Both the position numbers and the translations under genes were made by a program. A stretch of 64,000 nt of DNA, taken from Tubiluchus corallicola. Its lineage: Eukaryota; Animalia; Priapulida. The stretch lies in assembly GCA_030141605.1 (NCBI GenBank), contig JAQGDQ010001030.1, positions 1-64,000 on the forward strand, read 5' to 3'. Positions 42,511-53,456 of this stretch are shown here, piece by piece. Under the pieces are notes generated by a model. That model had not been told where the DNA came from and ran no database searches. It was given only the letters and a program-made list of their open reading frames with translations. Positions within the stretch are counted from its first letter, which is position 1, and each line of letters opens with the position of its first letter.

Positions 42511-45393
42511 CTAATAACTAAAAGAAAAAAAGAATGCACTATTAACCCCTTCGGTATACTTAGGTGCGTAGCTAATACGTACTCCCATTTTTGCAGAGAC
42601 AATCAGGCGTAAGAAATTACAATCGGTAGTTAATTCAGCTCCATACGAATTGACTTTAAAGGCTTGATTGTAGTAATTATTCTCTTCATACCACCGGTAG
42701 CTGCCTTGTGCATGATCGTAAAACAATCCAAGGTTAAAGCGCCTGAAATACACCCACCTACCGATATTCCAATCAGGATAAAAAAGAGGAAACAGATAAT
42801 CATTCTGAATTGAAAACACATCTCCATTAGCTACCCTCCCTACCCCTCTGGGAAATTTAATAATATCACTAAAGGAGGTTTGATCATTTTCTTTTTCTTG
42901 GTAACCGTAATACAACTTAATCCCATGATGCTTGAGTATCCCTGGCAAAAATGTAACACCTTCTGCTGACCAGATACTCCATAATTCAAGGTCTCCTATT
43001 GGGCTATGCCTATAATTTAAATTTATAAGCTGTCCCCAGCGAGGTTGTAAGTCTCTTTTTGCAGAGCGCTGGTATACAGAATAGTTAAGCCTATAGGCAA
43101 TCGGTATAATAGTACCGCTAAAAAAAGACTGAGGTGAGTCTTTACCCTGTGTGATATCTGTATAACTGACAGATAGCTCAGGACGTAGAGCTTTATACCA
43201 TCTACCTCTGGAGAGATCTATAGGAAACTTCATTGAAAACCATAATGTGAACTCATCCCAGTAGTATTTTTCTTTAATAGTTTCAGAGTAGGCTACCTCA
43301 TTGCTGTTTGGATAGGTATGATTAATGGTTCGCAAATAGTGTGATGACTCCCTTCCATACTCTGTTTTTAGCTGTAGAACCGGAAAGAACCCATAATACC
43401 TGAAATCTGCGTACCATTTACCTGTATTGGAATCGATAGAGTATTTATAACCAAGCTGTGTTGTTGCCGTGCTCAACTTATTTTGTGACATTAAAGATAC
43501 TCCGGGACTTATAACATAATCATCCACATCTACATAGGCTGGACTCCAGCTATGAAAGTTAAATAAATTGGCAGCTTTACGATACTTTTTCGACTCATAA
43601 AGTACTGTATCAGGTTGCGAAATCTCTATTGCTCCTAACTCCTGGTCAGATATTGACTTTGCAAGTGGAAATTCATAAACCTCTTCCCTTTCCCGTTTTT
43701 TCCATCCCTCTCTATTTATCGAAGACTTTACTATTGCGAAGCCATCGGATGAGTAGTTGCTGTAAACCAGACTATCGCCAGCAACACTTGGTTGTGCATG
43801 AGTTGCCCCGAATCGGGCGGAGGTTACCTGGTATGTATCACCCGTTCCTAAATCCAGTGCAAAAATATTATCAATGCCTGTCTCTGCACTGGAGTAGTAA
43901 AGAAACTCCCCCTTTCTAACAGGATTCCTTATCTCATTGAAAGAGAACGGATAAATCAACTTTGTTGCTTTTTTAAACGGATCCACCTCCACCATTGCTT
44001 TCCCTCTCTGCCCCAATACTACCGCATATATACTTTTGCTGTCATCCGACCATGACGGAGTAATAAAGTAGTAGTTTTCGGGTGTTGTTACTTCACTCAC
44101 AATCTCAAAACTATCGGGTGATATAAGAACGATTGAAAATATGTTATTCTGAGATGACTTAACCGCTGCAATATATTTTCCATCCGGCGACAATACAGGG
44201 GCGTATATTTTCTCTTTAAACCGCTTCTGCTTCAACTTTTTATCTGAGATGTTAAATCTCCTGAGAAGTGAAAAATCTCTAAGTCCCCACCGTACATCAG
44301 GCTTATACTCTACCCATAAAATATTCCCATTTCCAAAAGAAACAGACTCTTCAAGCCAGTAGCCCGGTGTGAACAACACCTCCTCTTTTCCATCGGGAGC
44401 TATTGCAACAAACCTGCTAATATCTTCTATAGAGCTTCTGGCTGCAAAGATTAATGAATCATTTATAAAAAACGGATATTTATAATTAGTATAATACGCC
44501 GGCTTTTTACTGATGCTCTGGTATGGTGTTTTCACGATAGATGAATCAATCTGTTTCCACTTATCCATCAGATTATTAAACACCTCTCTATACAACCCTA
44601 CTTTATCACTGCCTGTTGTCTGTTTCAAACTTTTATCAAAGGGAGTAATCGAGAGTGGCTTTTTTCCTACATTATGAAACACCTTTTCCCACACATCTGC
44701 TCCATACTTCTCTCTTGCGCCGGCAACTATGTGGTACCCCAGCTGGTAATAATCAGGCACATAATCACGAAATGAGCCCATATAAGCCTTATCGTATGAA
44801 TACAACCCTTTCTCTAGCGCCTGTGCCTTTAGTTCCATTTCAAAAGAAGGCAACCTTCCTCTTCCAGACCTGGACAGTGATGTTTCGGTAGCAACAGCGT
44901 CCCCTTCCAATATCCACATAGGAAGATAGGCTCCCAGAACAATGGGAGCCGCCTGCTCTCCAAGAAGGATTTTAAATATCTTGGGCATATCTTCCCATAC
45001 TTTATCAATCTGAACAACATGCCTGTACTCATGTACTGCGAGTTGCTCAAGCCAGTTGCACGGATAAACCCCCTGACCTGGAGTTGTAAGCATCTCTACC
45101 CTAGCGGGAGCCCAGGCTGCAAAACCGTTGGAGCGCACTGTATGTGTACGAAGGATTATCGATATCTTTCCCGGATTATGAGAAAGCGTATACCCTGTAT
45201 AATCATAGATCTTATCCAAAATATACGCCATCTGTTGAGCCTCATCCTCAAACGACTCGGGATATATCAACTGAAAGTTTTCATTGCTGATCTGTCTCCA
45301 GCGAACATTTGCAGGACTCTGCCCATCAATAAAATATTGTGCATTAGTAAAAAACGGATATGTAAGAAGTATCAAAAAAAGCAGTCTCTTCAT
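42511..45393 (-). CDS. Large outer-membrane protein: zincin (HExxH) domain, TolB-like beta-propeller and C-terminal beta-barrel-like region
   Basis: Signal peptide MKRLLF...NAQ; LAVHEYRH and W.LEGDA; propeller repeats PVLSPDG, PSWSDD; aromatic strand-rich C-terminus ending FFFSFSY. Confidence 0.7.
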   Translation of the reverse strand: MKRLLFLILLTYPFFTNAQYFIDGQSPANVRWRQISNENFQLIYPESFEDEAQQMAYILDKIYDYTGYTLSHNPGKISIILRTHTVRSNGFAAWAPARVEMLTTPGQGVYPCNWLEQLAVHEYRHVVQIDKVWEDMPKIFKILLGEQAAPIVLGAYLPMWILEGDAVATETSLSRSGRGRLPSFEMELKAQALEKGLYSYDKAYMGSFRDYVPDYYQLGYHIVAGAREKYGADVWEKVFHNVGKKPLSITPFDKSLKQTTGSDKVGLYREVFNNLMDKWKQIDSSIVKTPYQSISKKPAYYTNYKYPFFINDSLIFAARSSIEDISRFVAIAPDGKEEVLFTPGYWLEESVSFGNGNILWVEYKPDVRWGLRDFSLLRRFNISDKKLKQKRFKEKIYAPVLSPDGKYIAAVKSSQNNIFSIVLISPDSFEIVSEVTTPENYYFITPSWSDDSKSIYAVVLGQRGKAMVEVDPFKKATKLIYPFSFNEIRNPVRKGEFLYYSSAETGIDNIFALDLGTGDTYQVTSARFGATHAQPSVAGDSLVYSNYSSDGFAIVKSSINREGWKKREREEVYEFPLAKSISDQELGAIEISQPDTVLYESKKYRKAANLFNFHSWSPAYVDVDDYVISPGVSLMSQNKLSTATTQLGYKYSIDSNTGKWYADFRYYGFFPVLQLKTEYGRESSHYLRTINHTYPNSNEVAYSETIKEKYYWDEFTLWFSMKFPIDLSRGRWYKALRPELSVSYTDITQGKDSPQSFFSGTIIPIAYRLNYSVYQRSAKRDLQPRWGQLINLNYRHSPIGDLELWSIWSAEGVTFLPGILKHHGIKLYYGYQEKENDQTSFSDIIKFPRGVGRVANGDVFSIQNDYLFPLFYPDWNIGRWVYFRRFNLGLFYDHAQGSYRWYEENNYYNQAFKVNSYGAELTTDCNFLRLIVSAKMGVRISYAPKYTEGVNSAFFFSFSY

Positions 45394-46120
45394 ACTAATA
45401 TATATAATGGTAGCCACATGCCGATTTGGGCAATATTACTAAATACTTGATAAGACAAGCACTAAATACCTCATATTTTTTATTTCTAAAATACTCCAAA
45501 CCTAAAATTATTATTAAACTTTTATAAAAATTATTTAACTATTCTTTAAAAGCTTAGCCCAATTTGTAGCACTCAAAACTAAACATTTCCATTGAACATC
45601 ATGATCAGCAAAAAACATATCCAGCTCTATAAGCTTCCAACGCTCCTGTGTAAAATCCCTGGATGTTTTATACCGAAACTGCTGTGATAGCGCTCACTAT
45701 TATATACCCATACCTAGGTATGAGCCACGGTCTGCACCTTCTTTAAGCAGCTGAAAGAAAAGGAATTCAGGACTTATTCAATAAAGGAGTGGTTATAGCC
45801 TCTCCAAAGTAGGGGCACTGCCAATACACCCTGCAAACAAACAAGCACAGAGTACACCTCTACTTCCTGCCTTTACTTACTTTGCTTTGGTGACCTCTAC
45901 TTCAAAGACAACCATTACTAACTAATACCCTTTTACTCCATACGTTAATCTTTTTTTACCTGAGAATAGATCCACGGCAAAAACATATCAATAACTATTT
46001 ATTAAAAAAATCACATTGTAACTACCTGCTAACCAAAATAAAACAAAAAAACATTAAACACTCTTTAAATGTTCTTAAATATTTTTAAGAAAAATGATTG
46101 TAAGATTAAATATTAGTTGT

Positions 46121-46138
46121 AAATTGGTCGACCAGTTT
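46121..46138. promoter_or_regulatory. FadR/GntR-type operator
   Basis: AAATTGGTCGACCAGTTT near-perfect palindrome 66 bp upstream of the GntR gene; TGGT-N-ACCA core. Confidence 0.7.
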
Positions 46139-46203
46139 GTGGTTTTCCACATATTAACCAAAAACACAGACCGAATTAATGGCAACAATTAATTACTAAC
46201 TAA

Positions 46204-46923
46204 ATGGACGCACTAATAGATAGCTTTAAGGAGATAGAGGTTGAAAAGCCTGCAGATAAAATAATAGGGCAGATTAGAGACTTAATTTCATCAGGGCAAT
46301 TAAAACCCGGCGACAGGTTACCATCCGAAAGGCAACTTTCAGAAAGGCTTGGTGTAGGAAGGACCTATGTTCGCGATGCTATTAGAAAGTTGGAGTTTTA
46401 CGGTATCTTAAAAACTCAACCTCAAAGCGGTACAACTGTTGCCGGATTGGGAATAACGGCTCTTGAAGGGTTGATTGCGGATGTGTTAAAACTAGATAAA
46501 CCAGACTTCTACAGTTTGGTTGAAGCCCGCGTAATACTGGAAGTAGAAGCATCAAAATTAGCAGCAATACGCCGCACAACAGAAGACCTGGACAAGTTAG
46601 CCCAAATTCTTGACTCATTTAAAGGGGTGGTAGAGAGAGGCAACCCGGGAGTTGAAGAGGACTTCATGTTTCATCTCAAGGTTTCTGAATCAAGCAAAAA
46701 TATGGCGATCAGATCATTGATGATGGTTATTGTGCCGGAAATAATGGAGATATATAAAAATCTTAGCATCTGTGAAGGAGGAAGATCTTATAAATCCTAT
46801 TCTGAACATGTAGACATATTTGATGCCATCAAAAGCGGCAAGCCTAAGGAAGCAGGCAAGGCGATGAAATTACACCTAAAAGAGATACTTGAATTTAGCA
46901 GTTCAGGACTCTATAAACCTTAG
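46204..46923 (+). CDS. GntR/FadR family regulator of the alginate locus
   Basis: LKPGDRLPSERQLSERLGVGR..VRDA HTH; FCD domain (EAR..LE, D..FH, EH..I). Confidence 0.93.
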   Translation: MDALIDSFKEIEVEKPADKIIGQIRDLISSGQLKPGDRLPSERQLSERLGVGRTYVRDAIRKLEFYGILKTQPQSGTTVAGLGITALEGLIADVLKLDKPDFYSLVEARVILEVEASKLAAIRRTTEDLDKLAQILDSFKGVVERGNPGVEEDFMFHLKVSESSKNMAIRSLMMVIVPEIMEIYKNLSICEGGRSYKSYSEHVDIFDAIKSGKPKEAGKAMKLHLKEILEFSSSGLYKP

Positions 46924-47008
46924 TTTAACAATAAATATTTACAGACTAACCAGTTTACCATGTGATACAGGCACTTACAATCCAAACTAAACATCTAACC
47001 ACAAAAAA

Positions 47009-49321
47009 ATGAAACCTCTGCTCAACCTAGTTATATGCTTTTTTCTTATCTGCACACTTACAGTATGTAGCAAGAGAGACACAGCTTTGACGTCAGAAAA
47101 GCTTCAAAATCAAATTGATAAGCTCAAGTCCGGAGATACACTGATTTTGAAAAATGGTATATACCCCAATATGATCCTGGCGGTTAATAACAAGGGTAAC
47201 AAAGAGAAGCCAATTGTCATTAAGGCAGAAACTTCAGGGAAAGTAGTATTCACAAACGTGTCAACATTACAAATCGGTGGGGAATTTATAGAAATCTCAG
47301 GAATTCTATTTGCTGACGGGAATAGTGGCAGCAAGCCTGTTATAAGATTTAAGTCATCAAGAGGTGTTGCCAACAACTGTCGCCTGACAAACTGTGTTAT
47401 TGATAGTTACAATCCGAGTGATAGATTCCTGGGAAATGTATGGGTAGAGATGTACGGTAAAAACAACCGGGTAGACCACTGCTCTTTTGTTGGAAAGCTC
47501 AACTCAGGAGTAACACTTGTTGTAAAACTGCCAGGTAAGGATAACCAGGAGAACTTCCACAGCATTGATCACAACTATTTTGGGGCAAGGCCCCGTCTGG
47601 GTTCAAATGGTGGAGAAACCATGCGTGTGGGGACTTCAACATACTCCCTCACATCAAGTAACACTAAAATTGCAAATAACTATTTTGAGCATTGCAATGG
47701 AGAGGTTGAGATTATCTCTATAAAGTCGAGCGATAACCAAATCATAGGCAATACTTTTTACGAGTGTGAAGGAGTTCTGACCCTGCGCCACGGAAACCGA
47801 AACAGGTTGGAGGGTAATGTGTTTATAGGCAACAATAAGCCCGCAACTGGTGGGATTCGTGTAATTAATGCCGGGCACATCATCAAAAACAATCATTTTC
47901 AGGAGCTGAAAGGTGAGCGCTTCTGGGCTACTTTACCAATAATGAACGGTGTTCCAAATTCAGCAATTAATCGCTACCACCAGGTGAGGGATGTGAATAT
48001 AACAGGAAACGTGTTTGTTAACTGTGATAATATAGTATTTGGGGTGGGATCAGACAATGAACGTACAGCTAATCCCGAGAATGTACTATTTGCAGACAAT
48101 ACCTTATATAACCCTGATAGCCAAGTGATTTTTGAAAGCAGAGTGAATGTAGACAAAGTTAATTTCAAAAATAATCGGTTCGCAACAGCAAACAAAAATT
48201 TCAAACACGTTGGTTTTTCAAAGACTAATGCACTGTTCACAAAGAATGAACAGGGGCTTTATGCCTCTGCTGACTACACTCCCACTATAAAGGCTACAAC
48301 AGATAACACCGGAGCTGATTGGTTTGAAAAGAGCAAAACAACAGAAAGCGCTGGTAGAAAACTCAAAGTTAAGGATGGGAAAGGCCTTACCGGTACTATT
48401 GAGCAGGCAAATAATAATGATACTGTTATTTTAACAGGTACAGAAACATACTTTATAGAGTCACCACTATCTATAAAAAAGCACTTGACAATAACCGGTG
48501 ACAAAAAATTATCTACAAAACCAACCATTCAATATAAGGCCAACAGTGGTGGTAAACCATTAATAGTAATTGAAAATGGAGGGTCTTTAAGTGTAGAAAA
48601 TGTGATACTAAACGGTGCTTCTGAGACTGGTATTGCACACGCCGGAATTACTACTCAAAAGAGGTCGATGATTTATCACTATATACTTAAGGCTAAAAAT
48701 GTTGATTTTATAAACTATGATGTTGGCAATGCATCGGCAGTGTTTGCTTTTAAGAGCACTTATGCCGACACCATTTTATTTGAAGGCTGTACCTTTTCCA
48801 ATATATCCGGTGTCGCCATAAATCTGGCATCAGAAAATGAAGACAGGGGAAAATATAATGCAGAAAACGTAATTATCAGAAACTCTCTTTTTTATAATGT
48901 AATGGGCTCAGCACTAAAACTCTACCGAGGAGGTAATGATGAAAGCACATTAGGGCCTTTCCTGACAATTGATCAATGCACATTTCATAATATTGAGAAC
49001 CGGGAGCTAGGCTCCGCACTAAACCTGGTAGGTGTCCAGTGGATCTCTATCACCAACTCAATATTTAGTGAAAGTGGAAAAAGCGGCCGTGTAATAAAAC
49101 TTGAAGACCAGAGCTGGATTTACTGCTATATCGACCATTGTAATTTCCACAATACAGGCAGATTTGAGAGCTTTTATGACGATCGATTGGGCAAGAACAA
49201 GTGGTATATAGATCCAAAGTACACATCAATAAAAAATAGTGATTTCTCATTGAAGCCCGGCTCCGCTTTAAGAAATAAGTCTAAAAGTAAAGGTGCACTG
49301 GGATACTTAAAAAGCACATAA
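47009..49321 (+). CDS. Polysaccharide lyase family 6 (two beta-helix domains), alginate lyase
   Basis: NGGETMRVG, EIISIKS and LTLRHG (catalytic Lys/Arg), RGGNDEST in the second domain; lipoprotein-like signal. Confidence 0.9.
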   Translation: MKPLLNLVICFFLICTLTVCSKRDTALTSEKLQNQIDKLKSGDTLILKNGIYPNMILAVNNKGNKEKPIVIKAETSGKVVFTNVSTLQIGGEFIEISGILFADGNSGSKPVIRFKSSRGVANNCRLTNCVIDSYNPSDRFLGNVWVEMYGKNNRVDHCSFVGKLNSGVTLVVKLPGKDNQENFHSIDHNYFGARPRLGSNGGETMRVGTSTYSLTSSNTKIANNYFEHCNGEVEIISIKSSDNQIIGNTFYECEGVLTLRHGNRNRLEGNVFIGNNKPATGGIRVINAGHIIKNNHFQELKGERFWATLPIMNGVPNSAINRYHQVRDVNITGNVFVNCDNIVFGVGSDNERTANPENVLFADNTLYNPDSQVIFESRVNVDKVNFKNNRFATANKNFKHVGFSKTNALFTKNEQGLYASADYTPTIKATTDNTGADWFEKSKTTESAGRKLKVKDGKGLTGTIEQANNNDTVILTGTETYFIESPLSIKKHLTITGDKKLSTKPTIQYKANSGGKPLIVIENGGSLSVENVILNGASETGIAHAGITTQKRSMIYHYILKAKNVDFINYDVGNASAVFAFKSTYADTILFEGCTFSNISGVAINLASENEDRGKYNAENVIIRNSLFYNVMGSALKLYRGGNDESTLGPFLTIDQCTFHNIENRELGSALNLVGVQWISITNSIFSESGKSGRVIKLEDQSWIYCYIDHCNFHNTGRFESFYDDRLGKNKWYIDPKYTSIKNSDFSLKPGSALRNKSKSKGALGYLKST

Positions 49322-49322
49322 G

Positions 49323-51551
49323 ATGCATATGAAAAATCTATATATACTAATTCTCTTATCGCTTGCATATTTGACAAGGGCGCAAGATCACCCCTGTCTA
49401 ATTCTAACCGGAGAATCGGTTCCGGAAATGCGGGAGGCCATTGGGCGGTACCCACTGTGGAAACAAAACATTGAAACACTGAAATATGAGGTGGATATTG
49501 CCATGCAGGAGCAAGTTGATGTGCCTGTTCCTGTTGATCCTGCGGGGGGATATACCCACTCGCAGCATAAGCAAAATGCAAAACTGCTTAGCAAACTCGG
49601 AACGGTGTATCAAATATATGAAGACGAAAAATATGCCAACCATGCAAAAAAAATATTCCTGGCCTATGCAGATCTCTATCCAATGCTAGACAAACATCCA
49701 GTCGAAAAATCATACGCACGGGGAAAACTCTTCTGGCAACAACTTAATGAGGCAGTCTGGCTGGTAGATGCTATTCAAGGATATGATGGTATTTACCATT
49801 ATCTGACTGAGGCAGAGAGAAAGACCATAGAGAAAAATCTGCTCTACCCTATTGCAAATTTTTTGTCGGTTGAAAATGCCAACGTGTTTAACCGGATTCA
49901 TAATCATGGAGTCTGGGCTGTTGCTGCAACAGGGATGACAGGGATAGTTTTAGATGACAATGAGCTGATTTGCAGAGCACTTTACGGTATTAATAAAAGA
50001 GGGAAACCCAATTTTAATAAAGTTGATAAGACAAAACTGGAAAAATTTGACTCCGGCTTCTTTGTACAAACATCATCTCTGTTCTCTCCTGATGGATATT
50101 ACACGGAAGGGCCATACTATCAGAGATATGCCATGACTCCTTTTTTGCTTTTTGCTCAGAGCATACATAACAATATTCCTAAGCTGGAGGTGTTGGAATA
50201 TGGCAATCAGATCTTTATTAAAGCTGTTGAAACTCTTATTGAACTTGCTGATGCCAACGGAAAGTTTTTCCCGATAAACGACAATTTGAAAGGCATGAGC
50301 CTGAATGCACCAGAATTGGTGTGGGGCATAGATTTTTTATATGCAAATACAAAAAAGCCTGACCTGCTAAGCATTGCTAAGACACATAGCTTTAGATCTG
50401 CAAATGAATCAGGCCTGGAAGTAGCTAAGGGTTTAAGCAACAATATACAAAGGCCAATAAAGCGTACGTCAAAATTCATTACTGATGGTAGTAATGGACT
50501 TTCCGGCGGTATAGCAGTACTACATGACTCAGAGAATAAGCTTTGCACTGTTTTTAAATTTGCATCACAGGGACTAACCCATGGCCACTATGACCGCCTT
50601 AACATATTCCACTATTATAAAGGGGATGAAGTTTTAACAGACTACGGTGCAGCACGATTTGTGAACATTAAAGCTAAACAGGGAGGCAGATATTTGCCTG
50701 AAAATGAAACCTATGTTAAACAAACTGTAGCCCATAACACATTGGTTGTTGATGAAAAATCACACTTTGACTTCAAATATAAAGAAGCAGAAAAACATCA
50801 TCCGAAGCTACTATTTAGCGATATCAACAACCCCGATATTCAGCTAGCATGTGCTTATGAAGTCAATGCTTATCCGGGAATTAAAATGACACGGGTGGTA
50901 GGGCAAGTAACAGATAAAGACTTTATTAACCCAGTTGTAATTGACCTGTTTAACGTAAAGTCAAACAGGGCATCAGCACAATACGACCTACCCTTTCATT
51001 TTGCAGGCCAACTAATTGAAGCGGAGTTTGAGTACAAAGCAAATCAGGATGCTCTGCACCCAATGAGTGAAAAGAATGGTTATCAACATTTGTGGTTAAC
51101 TGCTAAAGGAAAATCCACAGATACAACATCCGGGATTACATGGCTTAAAAATAATTATATTTATTCGTTGAGCACCACTGTGGACAAAGACACAGAATTG
51201 ATACTGGCGCAAATTGGCGCAAATGATCCCAACTTCAATTTAAAAAATGACCCTGTATTTATAATACGTCAACAAAATGCTCAAAATCACACATTCGCGA
51301 GCATACTCGAGTGTCATGGATACCAGAATCCTGATACAGAGATCGTTTCTAATCAAACCAAACAGATAAAAAGTATAAAACTACACAAAGTACCGGAACC
51401 ATATCTGGCATTCAGTTTTATAACAACAAGCAACATAGAGTTCACGCTTCTTGTTTCTCTTGAGGAAACAGAGAAAGAGAGTTCACACAGTTTAGAAATA
51501 GAAGGAAAAATATTCCAATGGAGTGGAGCATATAAATTTATTAAGAACTAA
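49323..51551 (+). CDS. Polysaccharide lyase family 17 oligo-alginate lyase
   Basis: GKLFWQQLNEAVW, IHNHG, EGPYYQRY, HGHYDRL, DYGAARF, QTVAHNT. Confidence 0.92.
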   Translation: MHMKNLYILILLSLAYLTRAQDHPCLILTGESVPEMREAIGRYPLWKQNIETLKYEVDIAMQEQVDVPVPVDPAGGYTHSQHKQNAKLLSKLGTVYQIYEDEKYANHAKKIFLAYADLYPMLDKHPVEKSYARGKLFWQQLNEAVWLVDAIQGYDGIYHYLTEAERKTIEKNLLYPIANFLSVENANVFNRIHNHGVWAVAATGMTGIVLDDNELICRALYGINKRGKPNFNKVDKTKLEKFDSGFFVQTSSLFSPDGYYTEGPYYQRYAMTPFLLFAQSIHNNIPKLEVLEYGNQIFIKAVETLIELADANGKFFPINDNLKGMSLNAPELVWGIDFLYANTKKPDLLSIAKTHSFRSANESGLEVAKGLSNNIQRPIKRTSKFITDGSNGLSGGIAVLHDSENKLCTVFKFASQGLTHGHYDRLNIFHYYKGDEVLTDYGAARFVNIKAKQGGRYLPENETYVKQTVAHNTLVVDEKSHFDFKYKEAEKHHPKLLFSDINNPDIQLACAYEVNAYPGIKMTRVVGQVTDKDFINPVVIDLFNVKSNRASAQYDLPFHFAGQLIEAEFEYKANQDALHPMSEKNGYQHLWLTAKGKSTDTTSGITWLKNNYIYSLSTTVDKDTELILAQIGANDPNFNLKNDPVFIIRQQNAQNHTFASILECHGYQNPDTEIVSNQTKQIKSIKLHKVPEPYLAFSFITTSNIEFTLLVSLEETEKESSHSLEIEGKIFQWSGAYKFIKN

Positions 51552-51564
51552 ATATTTAAATACA

Positions 51565-51936
51565 ATGAAAAGATCAAGCGAAAAGTTCATTCTGACAGAA
51601 AAAATGGAATGGGAAGATTTAGGAGGAGGGGTTGCACGCAAATTTTTAGGCTTTGACAACCAGATAATGATGGTTCAAGTAAAATTTGAAAAAGGAGCAG
51701 AAGGCACACCTCACCAACATTTTCACACACAAGCAACGTACTGCGCAAAAGGAAAATTTGAATTTAACATTGATGGTGAAAAAAAGATCGTAAATGCAGG
51801 AGATGGTGTTTACATAGAACCTAACCTGATACATGGTGCCCTATGTATAGAAGAGGGAATGTTAATAGACGTTTTCAGCCCTGTACGTGAGGACTTTCTC
51901 GATGGCAGCAAGGTGTCATATTTTGGCGACAAATAG
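51565..51936 (+). CDS. kdgF: KdgF-like cupin
   Basis: WEDLGGGV.RK, HQHFHTQ, HGA.C, DVFSPVREDF. Confidence 0.88.
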   Translation: MKRSSEKFILTEKMEWEDLGGGVARKFLGFDNQIMMVQVKFEKGAEGTPHQHFHTQATYCAKGKFEFNIDGEKKIVNAGDGVYIEPNLIHGALCIEEGMLIDVFSPVREDFLDGSKVSYFGDK

Positions 51937-52126
51937 CCATCAATAGTTGCTGCATAAATAATCTTCACACCCTTCAAAACCTCTAAAGTGTTAGGGGTGA
52001 AGCACAGCAGGCTACATGCTGGTAAATTTATGCTTTTTAGTAGCATTTAACTGTAGTGTTGCCTTTTGCCTACAGAAAGCAAAAGAGTTTAGGGATAAAG
52101 TATTATAACTAATTAAAGTTTTAAAT

Positions 52127-53413
52127 ATGAAAGTTAAAGGATTACGTTGGTGGATTATCGGTTTGATATTTTTTGCAACAATTATAAACTATATTGATAG
52201 AAGCACGCTGGCCATAATGTGGGGTAATGAAGACCTTGAAGGGTCTATAGCAAACACTTTGGGGCTTACTAAAGGCGACTATGCAATCATTCTTAACATT
52301 TTTATGGTGGCTTATGCCCTTGGACAGTTGTTTTCAGGAAAGCTGTTTGACAAAGTGGGTACCAGAATAGGGTATGTAATTTCAATTGTAGTGTGGGGAG
52401 CATCCTCCTTTCTACACTCAATGGCGCGTGGATTGGTTTCATTTGGAATTTTCAGAAGTATCCTGGGTTTTTCTGAAGCTGGTAACTGGCCGGGAGCAGT
52501 AAAAAGCAATGCGGAGTGGTTTCCCATAAAGGAGCGAGCCATAGCACAGGGGCTATTTAATGCAGGGGCTTCTATGGGCTCTGTCGTAGCGCCACCGCTT
52601 ATAGCAGCTCTTTTTATGGCTTTCGGCTGGAAAATAACATTTATGATAGTAGGGTCATTTGGCATATTCTGGGTTATACCATGGTTGCTGATCAACAAAG
52701 CCGGGCCTAAAAAGCACCCTTGGATTACAAAGGAAGAGCAAGAGCACATCATTAAAGGACAAAGTGAAGTAGATCAAAAAGATACAGGAGAGAGCAAAGG
52801 TAAAAGTTTAAAAGAAATCCTTTCGTACAGAGAATCATGGGCAATTATTATAGGTCGCTTCTTTCTTGAGCCGATATGGTGGCTATTTGTAGGCTGGATG
52901 CCTATTTACCTATTCGACCAATACGATTTTAATGTAAAAGAGGTCGGCATGTTCGCCTGGGTACCTTATGTGGGTGCAGCTATTGGAAGTGTTGCAGGAG
53001 GTTATGTTTCAGGACGAATCATCTCTAAATCCAACTCCATAAACAAAGGCCGGAAAACAACTATTTTCATTGGAGGTTTGCTAATGGTACTAGGACTTAT
53101 GGCCACCGTATTATTTGGTAATACACCTGAACGCTTTGTCTCTATAGTGTTTGTAGTACTGTTCGGATTTCAATTTGCAATAGGCAACGTTCAGACAATC
53201 CCAAGTGATCTGTTTGGGGGAAAATCAGTAGGCTCATTGGCAGGACTTGGTGGCATGGTAGGAGTATTTTCTGTGATAATAATGAATTCGCTGGTTCCCA
53301 AAATTGCAGCCATATCATACACTCCAATTTTTATTACAATTGCCTTATTTGTGCCACTTGGAGTTGGAGCCATCTACCTATTTGCCAGAAAAATAGAGTC
53401 TGTTGAGAAATAA
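52127..53413 (+). CDS. MFS hexuronate transporter (ExuT-like)
   Basis: LRWWII, INYIDR, EAGNWPG, EWFP.KER. Confidence 0.9.
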   Translation: MKVKGLRWWIIGLIFFATIINYIDRSTLAIMWGNEDLEGSIANTLGLTKGDYAIILNIFMVAYALGQLFSGKLFDKVGTRIGYVISIVVWGASSFLHSMARGLVSFGIFRSILGFSEAGNWPGAVKSNAEWFPIKERAIAQGLFNAGASMGSVVAPPLIAALFMAFGWKITFMIVGSFGIFWVIPWLLINKAGPKKHPWITKEEQEHIIKGQSEVDQKDTGESKGKSLKEILSYRESWAIIIGRFFLEPIWWLFVGWMPIYLFDQYDFNVKEVGMFAWVPYVGAAIGSVAGGYVSGRIISKSNSINKGRKTTIFIGGLLMVLGLMATVLFGNTPERFVSIVFVVLFGFQFAIGNVQTIPSDLFGGKSVGSLAGLGGMVGVFSVIIMNSLVPKIAAISYTPIFITIALFVPLGVGAIYLFARKIESVEK

Positions 53414-53456
53414 TAAAATAAATAAAAGTTAACCATAATTTAAAAAAATAGTAGTT

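Noticed and set aside
41484-46200. Possible GC-skew switch (origin or terminus)
   Set aside because: By eye the skew tracks gene orientation and intergenic regions are inconsistent; it needs computation on the whole replicon.
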